Shown here in pieces: positions 26,525-38,434 of a DNA stretch of 64,000 bases (within the stretch, counting starts at the first letter, position 1; each line of letters starts with the position of its first letter). The position numbers and the translations under genes were made by a program. This DNA is from Thalia democratica. Its lineage: Eukaryota. The DNA lies in assembly GCA_965202585.1 (NCBI GenBank), contig OZ241826.1, forward strand, positions 35,092,001-35,156,000, read 5' to 3'. A model generated the notes under the pieces. The model saw only the letters and a program-made list of their open reading frames with translations, had not been told where the DNA came from and made no database searches.

Positions 26525-27889
26525 ATACAATACTTTTATATCATTTTATGTTAAATGTTGTAAAAGCACTCTTTTTTTTTGTATTTTTAGTATTGAATCG
26601 TAATTATAAGTATAGATTTAAATCCAACTGTATTAATTGTTTCTTTAAATGTTTTTTTTAAAGATATTGTTTTTGAATAAATTATTTGAAATACATTGAT
26701 AGAAGTATGTTTTGATTTTAGTTTCTTAACATTGTAGATACAAGCCATGAAGTAAACTTTTTTTTAACTATTTACAACTTTAAAGCACATGATGCTTAAG
26801 GTATAAATACTTTCAACGCTGATTTATACTAGTATATACATCGTAGTTTGTTTTATCATACTTAAAAACCTCATTTAATACTATTCATCGGTCATCATTT
26901 TATTTATATCTGAATTGTTTTAGTAATGAAAAGTTTTATCTTTAAAACTTATTAGTTTTAAAAATGCTAAAAGTTAGTAAAAACTTGCTATTGTACAATT
27001 ATGAAATGAATGAAAGTTTTAAGTAATTTCAATTTTAAAAGTTTAAAAAAGTTGGCAAATAAAGAAGTTACTAATAAAATACTTTTTGGCACATATAAAC
27101 AAGAAATACAAAACCTAATGAAAAATGTCTCATAATCCTACAAAAAACTTTGAGACAAAATACGTCAATTTAATCTTGCTAGCCAAATTAAATATGACGT
27201 TTGGAACTTTTTATTTTCTGGATAAATAATTAAAACAATTTTATATAAACAACTTAATTTTGGAGTAGCACTATCTATCTTATCTACCCAAAAGTGAATT
27301 TTACTTCATTCGTGAGTTTGTTTGTACATCAGTTTATACAAAATTTGTATTTGTTAGTAACTAGTTCATGGTAGAACTAAGGTATATTGTTAATACAATT
27401 AAATGTTTCAATCAGGAGACCAAACTAATCAATGAAAGTTAATGCTTATATATATATTGTTTTTTTTTGTCTAAAATTTTGTTGTAAGACTAAACCAATT
27501 GTCTGTTTTTGTTGTGCATCGACTTTAAGAAGATACCTTAAGTTAAAAAAATTGTTTTCATGATATTGATAAGTGCTTCAATGTTAAATTTTTGATGTTT
27601 TTGTTGAACAAATTTTGAAATAAAACTATTTAATAAATATGTTAAAACAGGGTCATTTGATATTTATCAAAAACAATAGTTCTATGTCTAATAATGTACT
27701 GACTGAATACTTGAATAATAATCTCCTTTACTTTGTACTATGTGTTATCTTTAACCATTTAAAACAAACTGAACTAGTTTGATACAATTTTTGAAATACC
27801 TTAAAAAACATTGCTACATATACTTATGATATATATATTAAATAGTATATTAAAGCAGTTACAAGAACTAAATATCTATCAGAGTGAAA

Positions 27890-30800
27890 ATGCCAGTTGC
27901 GAAAGTAATCAAGCAGAAAACAAAGCAATGGTCAGATGTTTCTGATCAGGCAACTGAAGATCAGAAATTTCAAATAAATCTTCACAAGGGCCAACTTGGA
28001 TTGAAAAGTCAGTAGTAGTTTTTTATAAAAAATATCATAAGTAATATTTAACTTCTTTAAAAGTGCACTAAAATGCTTAAAATTAAGTTTGTATAACAAC
28101 TTGTTTTCATTTATTTTATCCTTGAGCAGCTCTTTTAATAAATTCACTTTAACTAATTACCCAAAGCAGTTTACATAAAAATATAAAAATTTTCACAATC
28201 TTGGAATGATTATTAAGTACAGCATTAAGAAAAATAATGATAACTCAAATTAAAAACCTCTTCGGCATTAGTAAACATTACTTTTTATAATCATCTAAAG
28301 TTTTACTAAACTAAAAGTATTTTAAATGTTAGTTATAGGTCAAAACTAGACATTTAAAATCAAGAATAAATTTAACCAAACAGACTTGTACAGTGTACAC
28401 AAGTTTGCCAAAATAAAAATTTTCACTTAGTAACTTTTGAAACAGTGAAGCAACTGAAACTGGACGTGCAAGCTCTCAAGTACGAGTTGAAGGTGCAAAA
28501 AGACATGGTGCGCAGAAGACGCAAGGAGGTCACCGTGACAAGAACTCAAGCCAGCGCCAAGAGCAAACCGTGCGGAAACATCAAGGAAGAAATGGCAAAG
28601 TTGACAATGTCCAAGGAGGACCGCAACACGTACAATTATTTTGGAGTTCTCGTCAGTTTTTATTGTATTAAAAATATAAATCTTAAATATATAAATCGCA
28701 CAAATGTATTTAAAGTTTAAGGTTTTGAAAAATTTTTCGAACGATTTAGAAAACTTTTATTTTTAATGGATAACAGTTTTAATGGCTGCTTAATGAATAT
28801 TTTCATATTATTATTTCTTCTGTTAAAAAAATAAAGCATTTTTTCAAACAGTGGTCGTTGAAGAACATACAAAAAGGGAACAAGACAATTAGTTTGGTGG
28901 TGAACCAATATGTTAACAAGCAGCTTAGAAGAAGAGAAAAAGTTAAGCAAATGAGGAAAAAGTGCTTAGACAATGAAAAGATGTTCACAAAACAAAATGA
29001 AATCGACAACAAGCTCACTAAAGTAAAATTAAATAGAAGATTAAAACTTTGGATTTAAATACTTTTCTTAATCCTATGACTATATACAACACATGTAGTA
29101 AATTTTAAATTTAAACTTTTTGTTTTTTCTTAGTGTTTTATTGAAAAACGTAACTTTAATACTTTAAGTTTTAGAAATAACCAGTGGAAAAAATACTTAA
29201 CATTAAGTAATAATATTTTTGACAATAAGTTATCTAGATTTGTTTTTTTTATGGCTTTAAATGTTCTACGAATTTGATTTATATTAATTGACCATTAATA
29301 TCATAATATAATAGATAATTTTTTTACTGCTAAGCTTTACCACATAAGAAACTTAAAAGAAATCATTTTTGGATTAAATATAGAATTAAACTTTAGTTTT
29401 TTTTAATTTAATTTAGTAACATAACTGACTTAAACTATCTTTGCTGTAGGACTTTGCTATATCAAAAACTTTTTTTAATTTAAAATCTTATTAAAAAAAT
29501 ACTGTTATAATAGCTATTAAACTTTTTAAAAATAGGTATGTGATCATCTAGCTGTGAAGATCAGTAGAACAAAGACTAAATATTACACAGCTCAAAGGAT
29601 AAATCGTTGGTACGAGCTTGTGATAGACCAACTAAAAGTTAGTTATTTTTGTTAAGCTAAGGTACAAAACATGAAATAAAAATAAAGGGGTTCTTTAATT
29701 TTACCACATAAAACTGTTTGATAAGAAGTAAAACTTACAATTTGTATTATCAAAGTCTTGTCTTGTTGTTTATTCAGTTTGCAAGATGTTTTTTTAGTGT
29801 TGAAAGTCACACAACTTCTTTTATAAAGATTTTTAGTTGATACATCAAGAAAGAGGCATTTTATCAGTACATGAGCTATTAGTTATTGAAAAAAATTTTT
29901 AAATAACTTTTAAACAGACTCAGTGTCGTAATCTACCTAGTATGATCGAAAAAACAGAACAAGAACTGAAAGTTTATGAAAAATCAATCAAAACCAGTCT
30001 GAGAGAACAGAAAAAAATTATGAAGAAATGCAACTTGTCTGTTGTTAGTTTTTTTAATAGTTTTTAATGGATTTTACTTTTGAAAAGTAGTTGTTGAATT
30101 TCAATTTTAAAAATTCCCTAAAAGTAAAACATTAAGAATGTAATGTCTTCTATTTGCTTGACAATTATAAAAACGAAACTTTAAACATTTGTATAAAAAA
30201 ACTATTTTATAGTTCTTGTTTGTATCAAAAGTTTATTATTATTATCAACATATTTTAGCATTTTCCTATATCAAATTTTTACTTTAATTTTGTACTACAC
30301 TTCTTAAGTTTATCTAAAGTTTTTTTAAACATTGTATGTTGCAGCAAAACATTTTATCTTAATTCTTAAAAACTGTGTACTAAATTGTAATTAATTTAGT
30401 AAATGTTTTGCAAATGTTAGTTTTTTGTTATCAAAACCGTGTGTCTTTAAACTATTTAAGGCGAAAAAAATAAAGTTTTTAATAAACTTTGTCTTCGTAT
30501 CTATAAAATTTTTTAAGATGCTGGTGTAGAAATACAGTTTCCGTAAGTTACTTACAGTTTTTAATATCTTAATTTTAACTCGTTTAATAATAGAGTCACA
30601 TATCTTTTCTTATATTTTAAAACCTGAGATTCTCAATTTCCATAATTTTGCAGGAGGAGAAGCAAAGATTTTCATTGAGTTCGCAGCAGGATCGCGAGGA
30701 GAGATGGAGCGAGATCGAACAGCTGCAGCAGATCGTGTACGAGATCAAGCACTGCGATCGGGTGTTCATCTCGGAGAAGATCAGGAAGAAATTGAAAGCC

Positions 30801-33800
30801 AACGCGTCGGCGGTCTTCAACACTTTCGCCAACAACATGGTCAAGAGAGCTCACCAGAAAGCCGAGCAAAGAGCCAGTCAGTATTTGTAAATTTATAAAG
30901 TTTTAAACATGAAAGAAAAATATGTTGGATTTATTTCTAATTGTGTTGTATTCAATTCTTTTTAAATACTTTATAATAATGTTTCTAACTTTTTAGTTTA
31001 ACTTCAAACTTTAAATTTTTAATTTTTATGCACATAATAAATTATTTTAAAAGTTTTTTCTAAATGAAATTCAGTGTTTTGATTTCTTTTAAATTATCTA
31101 TAAGCTTAATTCGATCATTCGTACAGTACTTAAAAATTAGAAGTAAGCTCTAATTTATAAAGATAAATACTAACCGGTATTTTTTTGGTAGACAACTTGT
31201 AAAAACAAATTATTGTTTTAGTGACTCAACGTTCTGTGTACAATGAATTGTACAAAAAGCCAAAAGATGATAGAAAATCAGAAAAAATAAGAATTTGGCA
31301 AATCATGGACCAAGTTACAAAAGTGACTTCCGAACTGAGAAAATGTAAAATTGATGTGTTTGAACCAGCTGTTAGTTTTTTTTTATTTATTTATTTTTAT
31401 TTCAAAAGGATTTACTTATTTTATCATAAAAATTCAGGTAGAAAAATTTTGTTTTTCACGATATCATATTGAAGTTATCCACTTTCTTTTTCATTTTAAT
31501 ATTTTTTATTGTAAAAAAGTTGTTACAATGGATCTAGACAAAAGTTGTTTAAAAAAGTATGTTAACTTGTTAAAAAAAACCTAAAACCTTTTGCCATAAG
31601 TCAAGTTCGTTATACGTTACATCATTAACAACACTAACTATTGTGACGTAACAGCAAATCAGAGGGCAAGTCTTGAGGTTTTTGAAACGTCATGAGGAGA
31701 TGTATTCCAAACACAAGGGCATACAAAACCATTTTCACAAAATTAAACAAAAAATGGTCAGTATCAACCACAAACGCGACTGCATGATTCTCGAAAATAG
31801 AATGAGGTAGAACTTTTGTCTTGATAAGCATATGAACAGTTAATATTTTAGTTGATTAAAACTATTTTATTCCAAGGCACTGTACTAACTGTCTAAACAG
31901 TTTAATTATCGTAAAAATAAAAAATCACATCTTTAAAACTATTTATACTTGCCTGAATTTAATAAACTTAAAAAAATATTAAATTTTGTATAACTAAAAG
32001 TAAAAATTTTTATAGAAAAGTGTTAAGAACTACAAATAAGTTAACTAGTGTTGAAGTTTTTTTTCTCAATCTTTCAGTAGAGTGAATTCTTTTATATAAA
32101 GTACAAAGTTGTATACTTTTTGTATTTTTACAGGCTTTAAATGTTCGTTACTCTTAAAGCATTACTTTAGCTTTCTGAAAATTGTCTACATACGATAGCA
32201 ATATTAACATATTAGTTGTAAACATAATGACTCAAAAGTCCTAATATGTATAAGTCTTATTTTGACGAAGAATGTTTAAGTTAGCATTTATAAGCCATTC
32301 AACTACAACTTATTTTTAACAGAGTTAAAAACCTTATTTCCAATCTAAACAATGAAATCGAAAGAACATTGCAATCAAACAAAGCCAAGAAAGACAAACT
32401 GGCTCAATTCAACAATTTCAAAGCACACGTGCAAATATTTTCTTACTGGAAACTGACCAAATTGGAACAAGTGTTCAAAATAGATAACACAAAAATCAAG
32501 AATAATTCTAACTTCAATCCTGCCAACCTGACTAATGCATTTGCTTCACAATGTTTGTTTATTTTTTAAGTTTATTATTTTGTAAGTAACTTAAATATAC
32601 TAAAAAAGTTTTAACTTTGTTTTTTAACCTCAAAAAATATTAGGAACTTTTAAAACATTAAATATTTAATTAACAGACATCCAGGAATTGTCTACTTTCC
32701 TTCACTGCATACATCTGATCAAAACGCTCCACCGAAATCTTTTGGAAAAGTCCCGAGACGGCGCCTTCCTGCCGCCTGATTGGACAACAAAGCGCAAAAG
32801 AACCAATCATAAGGTAGGAAAATTGAGTAGGAAGTTGAATATTGATCCGCTGATGATGATGCAGCTGAAAGTTCAGCAGTACAATTTTGAGGTTTGTTTT
32901 ATAGTTCACTTCTTATTAATTGATTATAAAGTTAATATTTTTTATATAAAACTTAAAATTATCTGGTTTTTATAAAAATATAGTTATGACATAACTTTCT
33001 TTGTTACTGAAAACATATAATTAATTTTATAGTTTGATAATAACGAGCAGAACTATTAGCCAGGGCTGACATATTATGACGTAATAGGGTCTAATTTTTG
33101 TCTTTTTACGTGCAGTTTGTGTTAAGTATTTAAAATGAAATTCATGTTAAATAAACAAAAAGTATTTTACTTTTAAGTTTGGTAAACAACTATAAATAAG
33201 AAAAATTTGTTCTGCATCCTTTATACGACGTCATCACACGTCGCTTCTTGTTGCTGGTTTTAAACTTACTATTTTTTATTTATGTATTACTACTTGCTTA
33301 TCGCATTTATCATTATAAAAACACGAAAAATTTACTTTAACTTGAAACATTTCACACAGAAAGCGGGACTGAGACCGGGTAGGACAAACCATCGAGTCAG
33401 CTTTTTTATTCGTGATAATAATGGTTTGTTTTGTATGATAAACTTTTTCTTTGTAACTTTTTTATAATTATTTGTAAGTAATTAATTGCGTGTGTATTAA
33501 ACATTTCAATTTACAAGTAGTTGATTTTTTATTAAATAGGTAATTAATAAACTGTAGCTTACAAGCATTGTATTCCATTCAAATTATGTTAGGAACACTT
33601 TATAAAGTAAAATATTATGAAGTTGTTCACCGGCCAATTTGTTACAACATAATTATTTATTCCATTAATATAAAACCATCTGCTTAGGTTTGAATAAGTC
33701 GATGGGTTTAAGTTATTATAAACTGCTAAAACTCTATTTTTATTATTACGTGTTTCTATAGAACACCTTACAAAACTTTTCCAATAAAAGTAATTGAAAA

Positions 33801-33975
33801 ACTCTTAATTTTTACTAGAATTAAGTATTTAAGTAAATAAATGTTTTTAGCTGATACTACAGAAGATGAATTTGTTGATCCTCAATGTAGGAAAGTCCTT
33901 TTGACTTTTATGAAGCCTCTGAATCAGGAGCAACTTTCAAGACAGTATCAGAAACATTTTTCAAGGTTACTTTAA
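27890..33975 (+). CDS. Coiled-coil protein, CCDC183 / ODAD3 (CCDC151)-like (outer dynein arm docking complex family), 626 aa
   Basis: 12 phase-compatible GT-AG exons: 27890-28007, 28446-28651, 28852-29022, 29536-29637, 29918-30043, 30654-30876, 31222-31370, 31655-31806, 32323-32552, 32677-32891, 33360-33423, 33851-33975 (1881 nt, ATG to TAA). The segment KISRTKTKYYTAQRINRWYELVIDQLKTQCRNLPSMIEKTEQEL..DREER resembles the conserved core of CCDC183/CCDC151 (recalled similarity, not searched). Confidence 0.75.
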
Positions 33976-35889
33976 ACAACAAAGTGGTTCTATGATAGCA
34001 GCCGAACAATTAACACAAAGAAATTGCATAATTTTCTAACATTTTTTTAATAAACAGTTTTAATGAAAATACTAGCTGCTTTAATTTAAGTTTGATGTTA
34101 ATTAATTTTTTTTTAATTTACGTTAAACTTTAAATACTAAGCTATAACATATAGACAGCAGAGGCGTATTGTAGGTTTGAGCATTGTAATAGATACTCAA
34201 CCTAAAAAATTAAATTGAAAATACTTTTAATAAAACTAAAAAAAATACTAAGTAAATTAAATCAGTTATTTAAAACCAAAACATATAATATGTTTACTTA
34301 TATCCAAGAAAAATAAAAAAAGGTGTGTTTTAAGTCTAATGACTGTAAAAGTACCAAATTTGAAAAGGGCTTGAGGAAAACGTAGTTTTATAACAACACT
34401 TCGTACATGAAGACGTTTTAATTTGACAACTTAAATCTAGTTTGACACAGTTTACAACATAGTAGTTTATCGAACAAAAACAAAGAAGTTACTTTAAATT
34501 TTTGCTGCATACTCAACTCAATAAAAATTATAATGAGCTACAAATGAAAAAAGAAGATAGAAACTTTACAATCAAAATTTAAACTCTAAAATGAAAAAAT
34601 ACATATTCACCTATTTGAACCATATCAGAAATGTATTTTAGAAAAAGAACTCAAATACGAGATAGAAATGCCACATACACACATAACTATAGAACTTCAG
34701 AAGTAATTAAATGAAGCTTATACATAAGGAGTTTGCTTCACGAGGATTATAAAGCAAAACTTTCGAAAAATCCTATTTCTATTGTACCTTCTTTACTAAG
34801 TAACTACTAAAAAATAAACACCACTAAACAACATTCCATATTTAACATAAATTGTAAAGATGGTTTGAAAAAGCGATTATACCTAACAACAACGTTTAAG
34901 AATGTTTATCTGACATTTTATTTGTGTTTAATTAAGCTGGAATGTTAAGTTTAATAAATTTGTTATAAATAATTATTGTTTTATGAATTGATTGAAAACT
35001 AGTTTTGTCGATCGAATTGTTAGTACTCTAGTTTTATTTTAACTCATGAAGAAAAAAGTGATGTTTGTTTTAAAACTTCTTAATTTCTTATTTACTGTAA
35101 GTTATTTTTTCTATGTCTATAATGTTAACTTTTTCTGCTTCAAAGAATCAAAATTTTTCCAATTTTTATCCAAACTTCAAAAATCGATCTGGATCCCAAT
35201 TTTGTGGATCTAGAGTTAAAAGTGCTTTCATGTCATTACATTTTAATAATCAGAAAATCTTACAAAACTCTTTAAAAGTGACACTGTTATATTAAAACAA
35301 ACCACTTGTTTTACTGTAAATTTAGCTGTCTTTTTTTGTCACCATTAGTAGATTAAAAAATATTGTTTAAACAATTTTTTATCATTTTACAAAGTTAACT
35401 TATTATGTTTAAAAATAACTACACAAAATTCATAAATAAAGACTTCTTTTGATGAAATTTATGTACTGATGAGAACTTATTTAAAAACAAAAGATCTTAA
35501 GATTTTTTTCTCCTTATTTTTTATTTAAGACCGATTAAATTTCCTAGTACAGTGTAGACAACACATGCTAATTCGAAAAGTTTTTCTGATGAAGGAAATT
35601 TATTTTTTTCACGTAAATGTGCGAACAATTTAAATAACATTTGATCCCTATAACCATTAAACTTAAAAACTAATTTAATTTAGAACCATAAAAACAAAAG
35701 TATGTATTATATGTATGTCTTTTATACGGTTAGCAGCCACTAATCTTAAACAAAATCAATGCAAATAAAGCAGCAATCTAAGCCAGGATATATTCTCGTT
35801 AGCTACTGAATTTGTGTCAAAGAAATTGTTTATAGACAAAAATTTAACAAAAGGGTTGACCATACCAGTTCGAGCATCTGATCACAAGC

Positions 35890-35946
35890 CTTCGGTAGAC
35901 TGAGAACAGTTTCGTCCTTATTATGACTCATCAGCCAGTCACAACC
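35890..35946 (-). ncRNA. Hammerhead ribozyme-like motif with intact core but degenerate stem I
   Basis: CTGATGA-GTC(ATAATAAG)GAC-GAAA-CTG(TTCT)CAG-TC: core, stem II, 4-bp stem III and GUC triplet are present, but the flanks do not form stem I. Confidence 0.6.
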
Positions 35947-37154
35947 AAAAAACTTGCAATCACAAACCTAAAAAAGGTTTATCATGTGTTAATCCTTTTG
36001 TTAAACTTGAGCTTGTCTCACAGCATACAAAAGAGGCTTCTGCTCCGTAAACTTTCGCCGATGTTTTTGTTGATCAAAAACTATCTCTAACTTACTATTT
36101 GCTAATTTAAAAGCTTAAATCATGGTTATGGTCTAAAAGATAACTTTAAAACTTTTTTTTTAAGTAGGCGCCATTACCCTTTTAGGGTATATTTTGGCTG
36201 TCGAAGGATTTCAATTATAAGTAATTTTGAAACCCTGGTTTAAAAAGACTTCTTTTTTTAGCAATGCAAAGTAGATTTATAACATTCAGACTAAGACAAC
36301 ATCCATTAAGTTGTTTTGAGCATCACTTTAAAATATTTCAAACTTAAGAAATTTATCTAATTGAGTTTTACCAAAGTGTGCAATATTGCCCATCGAAGTG
36401 ATTTCGGCTATCAAGTAGCAATAACTATTAAAGAAGCGAAAAGATTAAAAAGGTAGTATGTTTTAAAGGACAGGGTATTATTTTAAATTTCTGCAAAGGG
36501 GAGATTATGAAAAGTAGTTTTGATCTAATTACCTTTGGGCCACATTTTACGGCCTAGTTTTTGCCTAAATTTTTTATTCCATGATTCTATTAAAAAAACA
36601 AAAAATTGTATTATTTTGTGACATAAAACTTATTTTTGTTTTCTTCATTCTTGAATGAAATTATCCCTTTGCTATTTTTAAAATAATGCTACTTTATACA
36701 ACCTTTTTACTTATACAACTCTTTTTATTTTTGATTACACTTTTACCTTTGCAAAGTTCAAACTTTCCGAAAACCACTACAACTCAAGAAACATTCAAAG
36801 AAGCTGGTATGGAGAAATACATTTTGGTCATCAGTCAATCAGCTAAATACCATAAAGTTTTTAAAGTTATAATTATCATATACATTATATAACAAAGTAA
36901 AACAGCTTTCCGTCCACCTTTAAGTCTAACCAAGTACGAATCAAAACAAATCGTTTTGATGAAAACAAAAAAAAATGATATTTTTTAAACTATAGCGTTT
37001 TCACCCAGTCACCTCGCAATACCCGTATACTTTCCCGGCGCGTAGTTTTAGACCCCACATTTAAAAAACGTTTAAATAATAGAAAACCAACCAAAAATAA
37101 CTGTTTTGACAAAAAAAACAGACGCTCTTTTTATTCATTTGTTTAATTTATTTT

Positions 37155-38434
37155 TTACGGTATTTCAAACTCGCAGAGCCCGTATATTTTCGCAGGCCAT
37201 TTCGATTCGCTCCCGTCACACTTGGAATCGGCCATTTTTCCGTCGAGCCATACAAAGACGCAGTTTTCCCGCTTTTTGTAATCCTGATGGTTCGTGCCGT
37301 CATATCTATAACCCCCGTTGTTCGGCTCCCCTTGCTTCCAAGAGAACAAGTTGCCCGCCCTGAAAAAATTAAACTGCATAAAACCAGAATTGGCATCACT
37401 TAGTTTACAGATAAATTTGACATAAAAGTTGCGAAAGTAAGAAGGCGATTAGTGGAGAGATTTCCCTAATAGCTTTCTTGCTATGAAACTCTACTGGTCA
37501 AAATTTTGTCGAATTTACTTTGAAAACTAAACTTTCAAACTAATTAGCCTGTTTTCTTAATTGTTTGCGCAATATCGAAACGTTTTATTCTAATAATATT
37601 TTATTAAAAACTGATGATCTTGTTAAAAAGGAGTGATTACAAAATATACATTTAAAGCGACTTTAAAACAAGTATTAAAAGACTCAATTGCGCTACAGTG
37701 TTAACGCAGTGTTTAAAACTACTGCGTTACCAAGCGTTGAAACTCTATTTTCAGCAAGATTTAAACTTCAAAAAAACCTTCTGGTGTCGAATACTTCATT
37801 GGTCTTAATTTTTCTCCATTGACCTTCCCAATACCTGTCAGTCAGTCCAATCCAAAGCTTGTCTCCTGCATAAAGTAGCTTTGTCCTGAGCTCTCTGTTT
37901 GTTGATTGGTTTATTAGTGAGTCGAAAGTATTTTGTCGGAAGAAGTATCATACAAACTAGTGGTTAACAGGATCCGGATGTTTTAAATTGAGATCACATG
38001 TGGATAGCTCATACAAAGTTAAAAATTGCACGCTGAGCTTTATTTATATTAGGCATAAGCTCTCTGACTCTATGTTTACTATTGATCTTAAATTTTCACG
38101 TTACTTTGAGTGTTTTGTAAGTTTCGTTTTCGTTATTAAGTATACAGTACTTATTGTAAGAAAAAAAAACCTAAAAAACTTTTATTTTGGTAAAATCACT
38201 AGAAAATCACTAAGCATTTTGAATTCGCATACAAACTCAATTTAACAGACAGAACAATATTGACTTGCTGCCAACCAAAACACTAGTTACACAGCAATGC
38301 AACTAACTTGTGATATTCCTTGCCTTCCGGTCCCAACACGTCGGAAATGAGGTCGCCACCTTCAACTTGGCAGCCTCGTCGCACGTTGTCGTATGCGCCA
38401 TGTACTGGTATGATTTTGAACCTGTATCTCTTCT
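37155..38434 (-). CDS. Terminal C-type lectin domain (3 exons) of the multi-CCP gene, EPN motif
   Basis: Spliced: KRYRFKIIPVHGAYDNVRRGCQVEGGDLISDVLGPEGKEYHKELRTKLLYAGDKLWIGLTDRYWEGQWRKIKTNEVFDTRRAGNLFSWKQGEPNN..RENCVFVWLDGKMADSKC..YGLCEFEIP*. WIGL, EPN and the canonical Cys pattern are present; splice phases 1/2/2 match. Confidence 0.92.

Noticed and set aside
36686-36892. Plus-strand ORF with a signal-peptide-like start (MLLYTTFLLIQLFLFLITLL) and a possible donor (ctg|gtatgg)
   Set aside because: The hydrophobicity is explained by T-rich sequence, no compatible downstream plus-strand exon was found, and it would run head-on into the lectin gene 3' end.
12735-37620. Other CTGATGA occurrences (near 12735, 32850, 35465, 35586, 37612)
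   Set aside because: None is followed by a stem II and GAAA, so they are not hammerheads.
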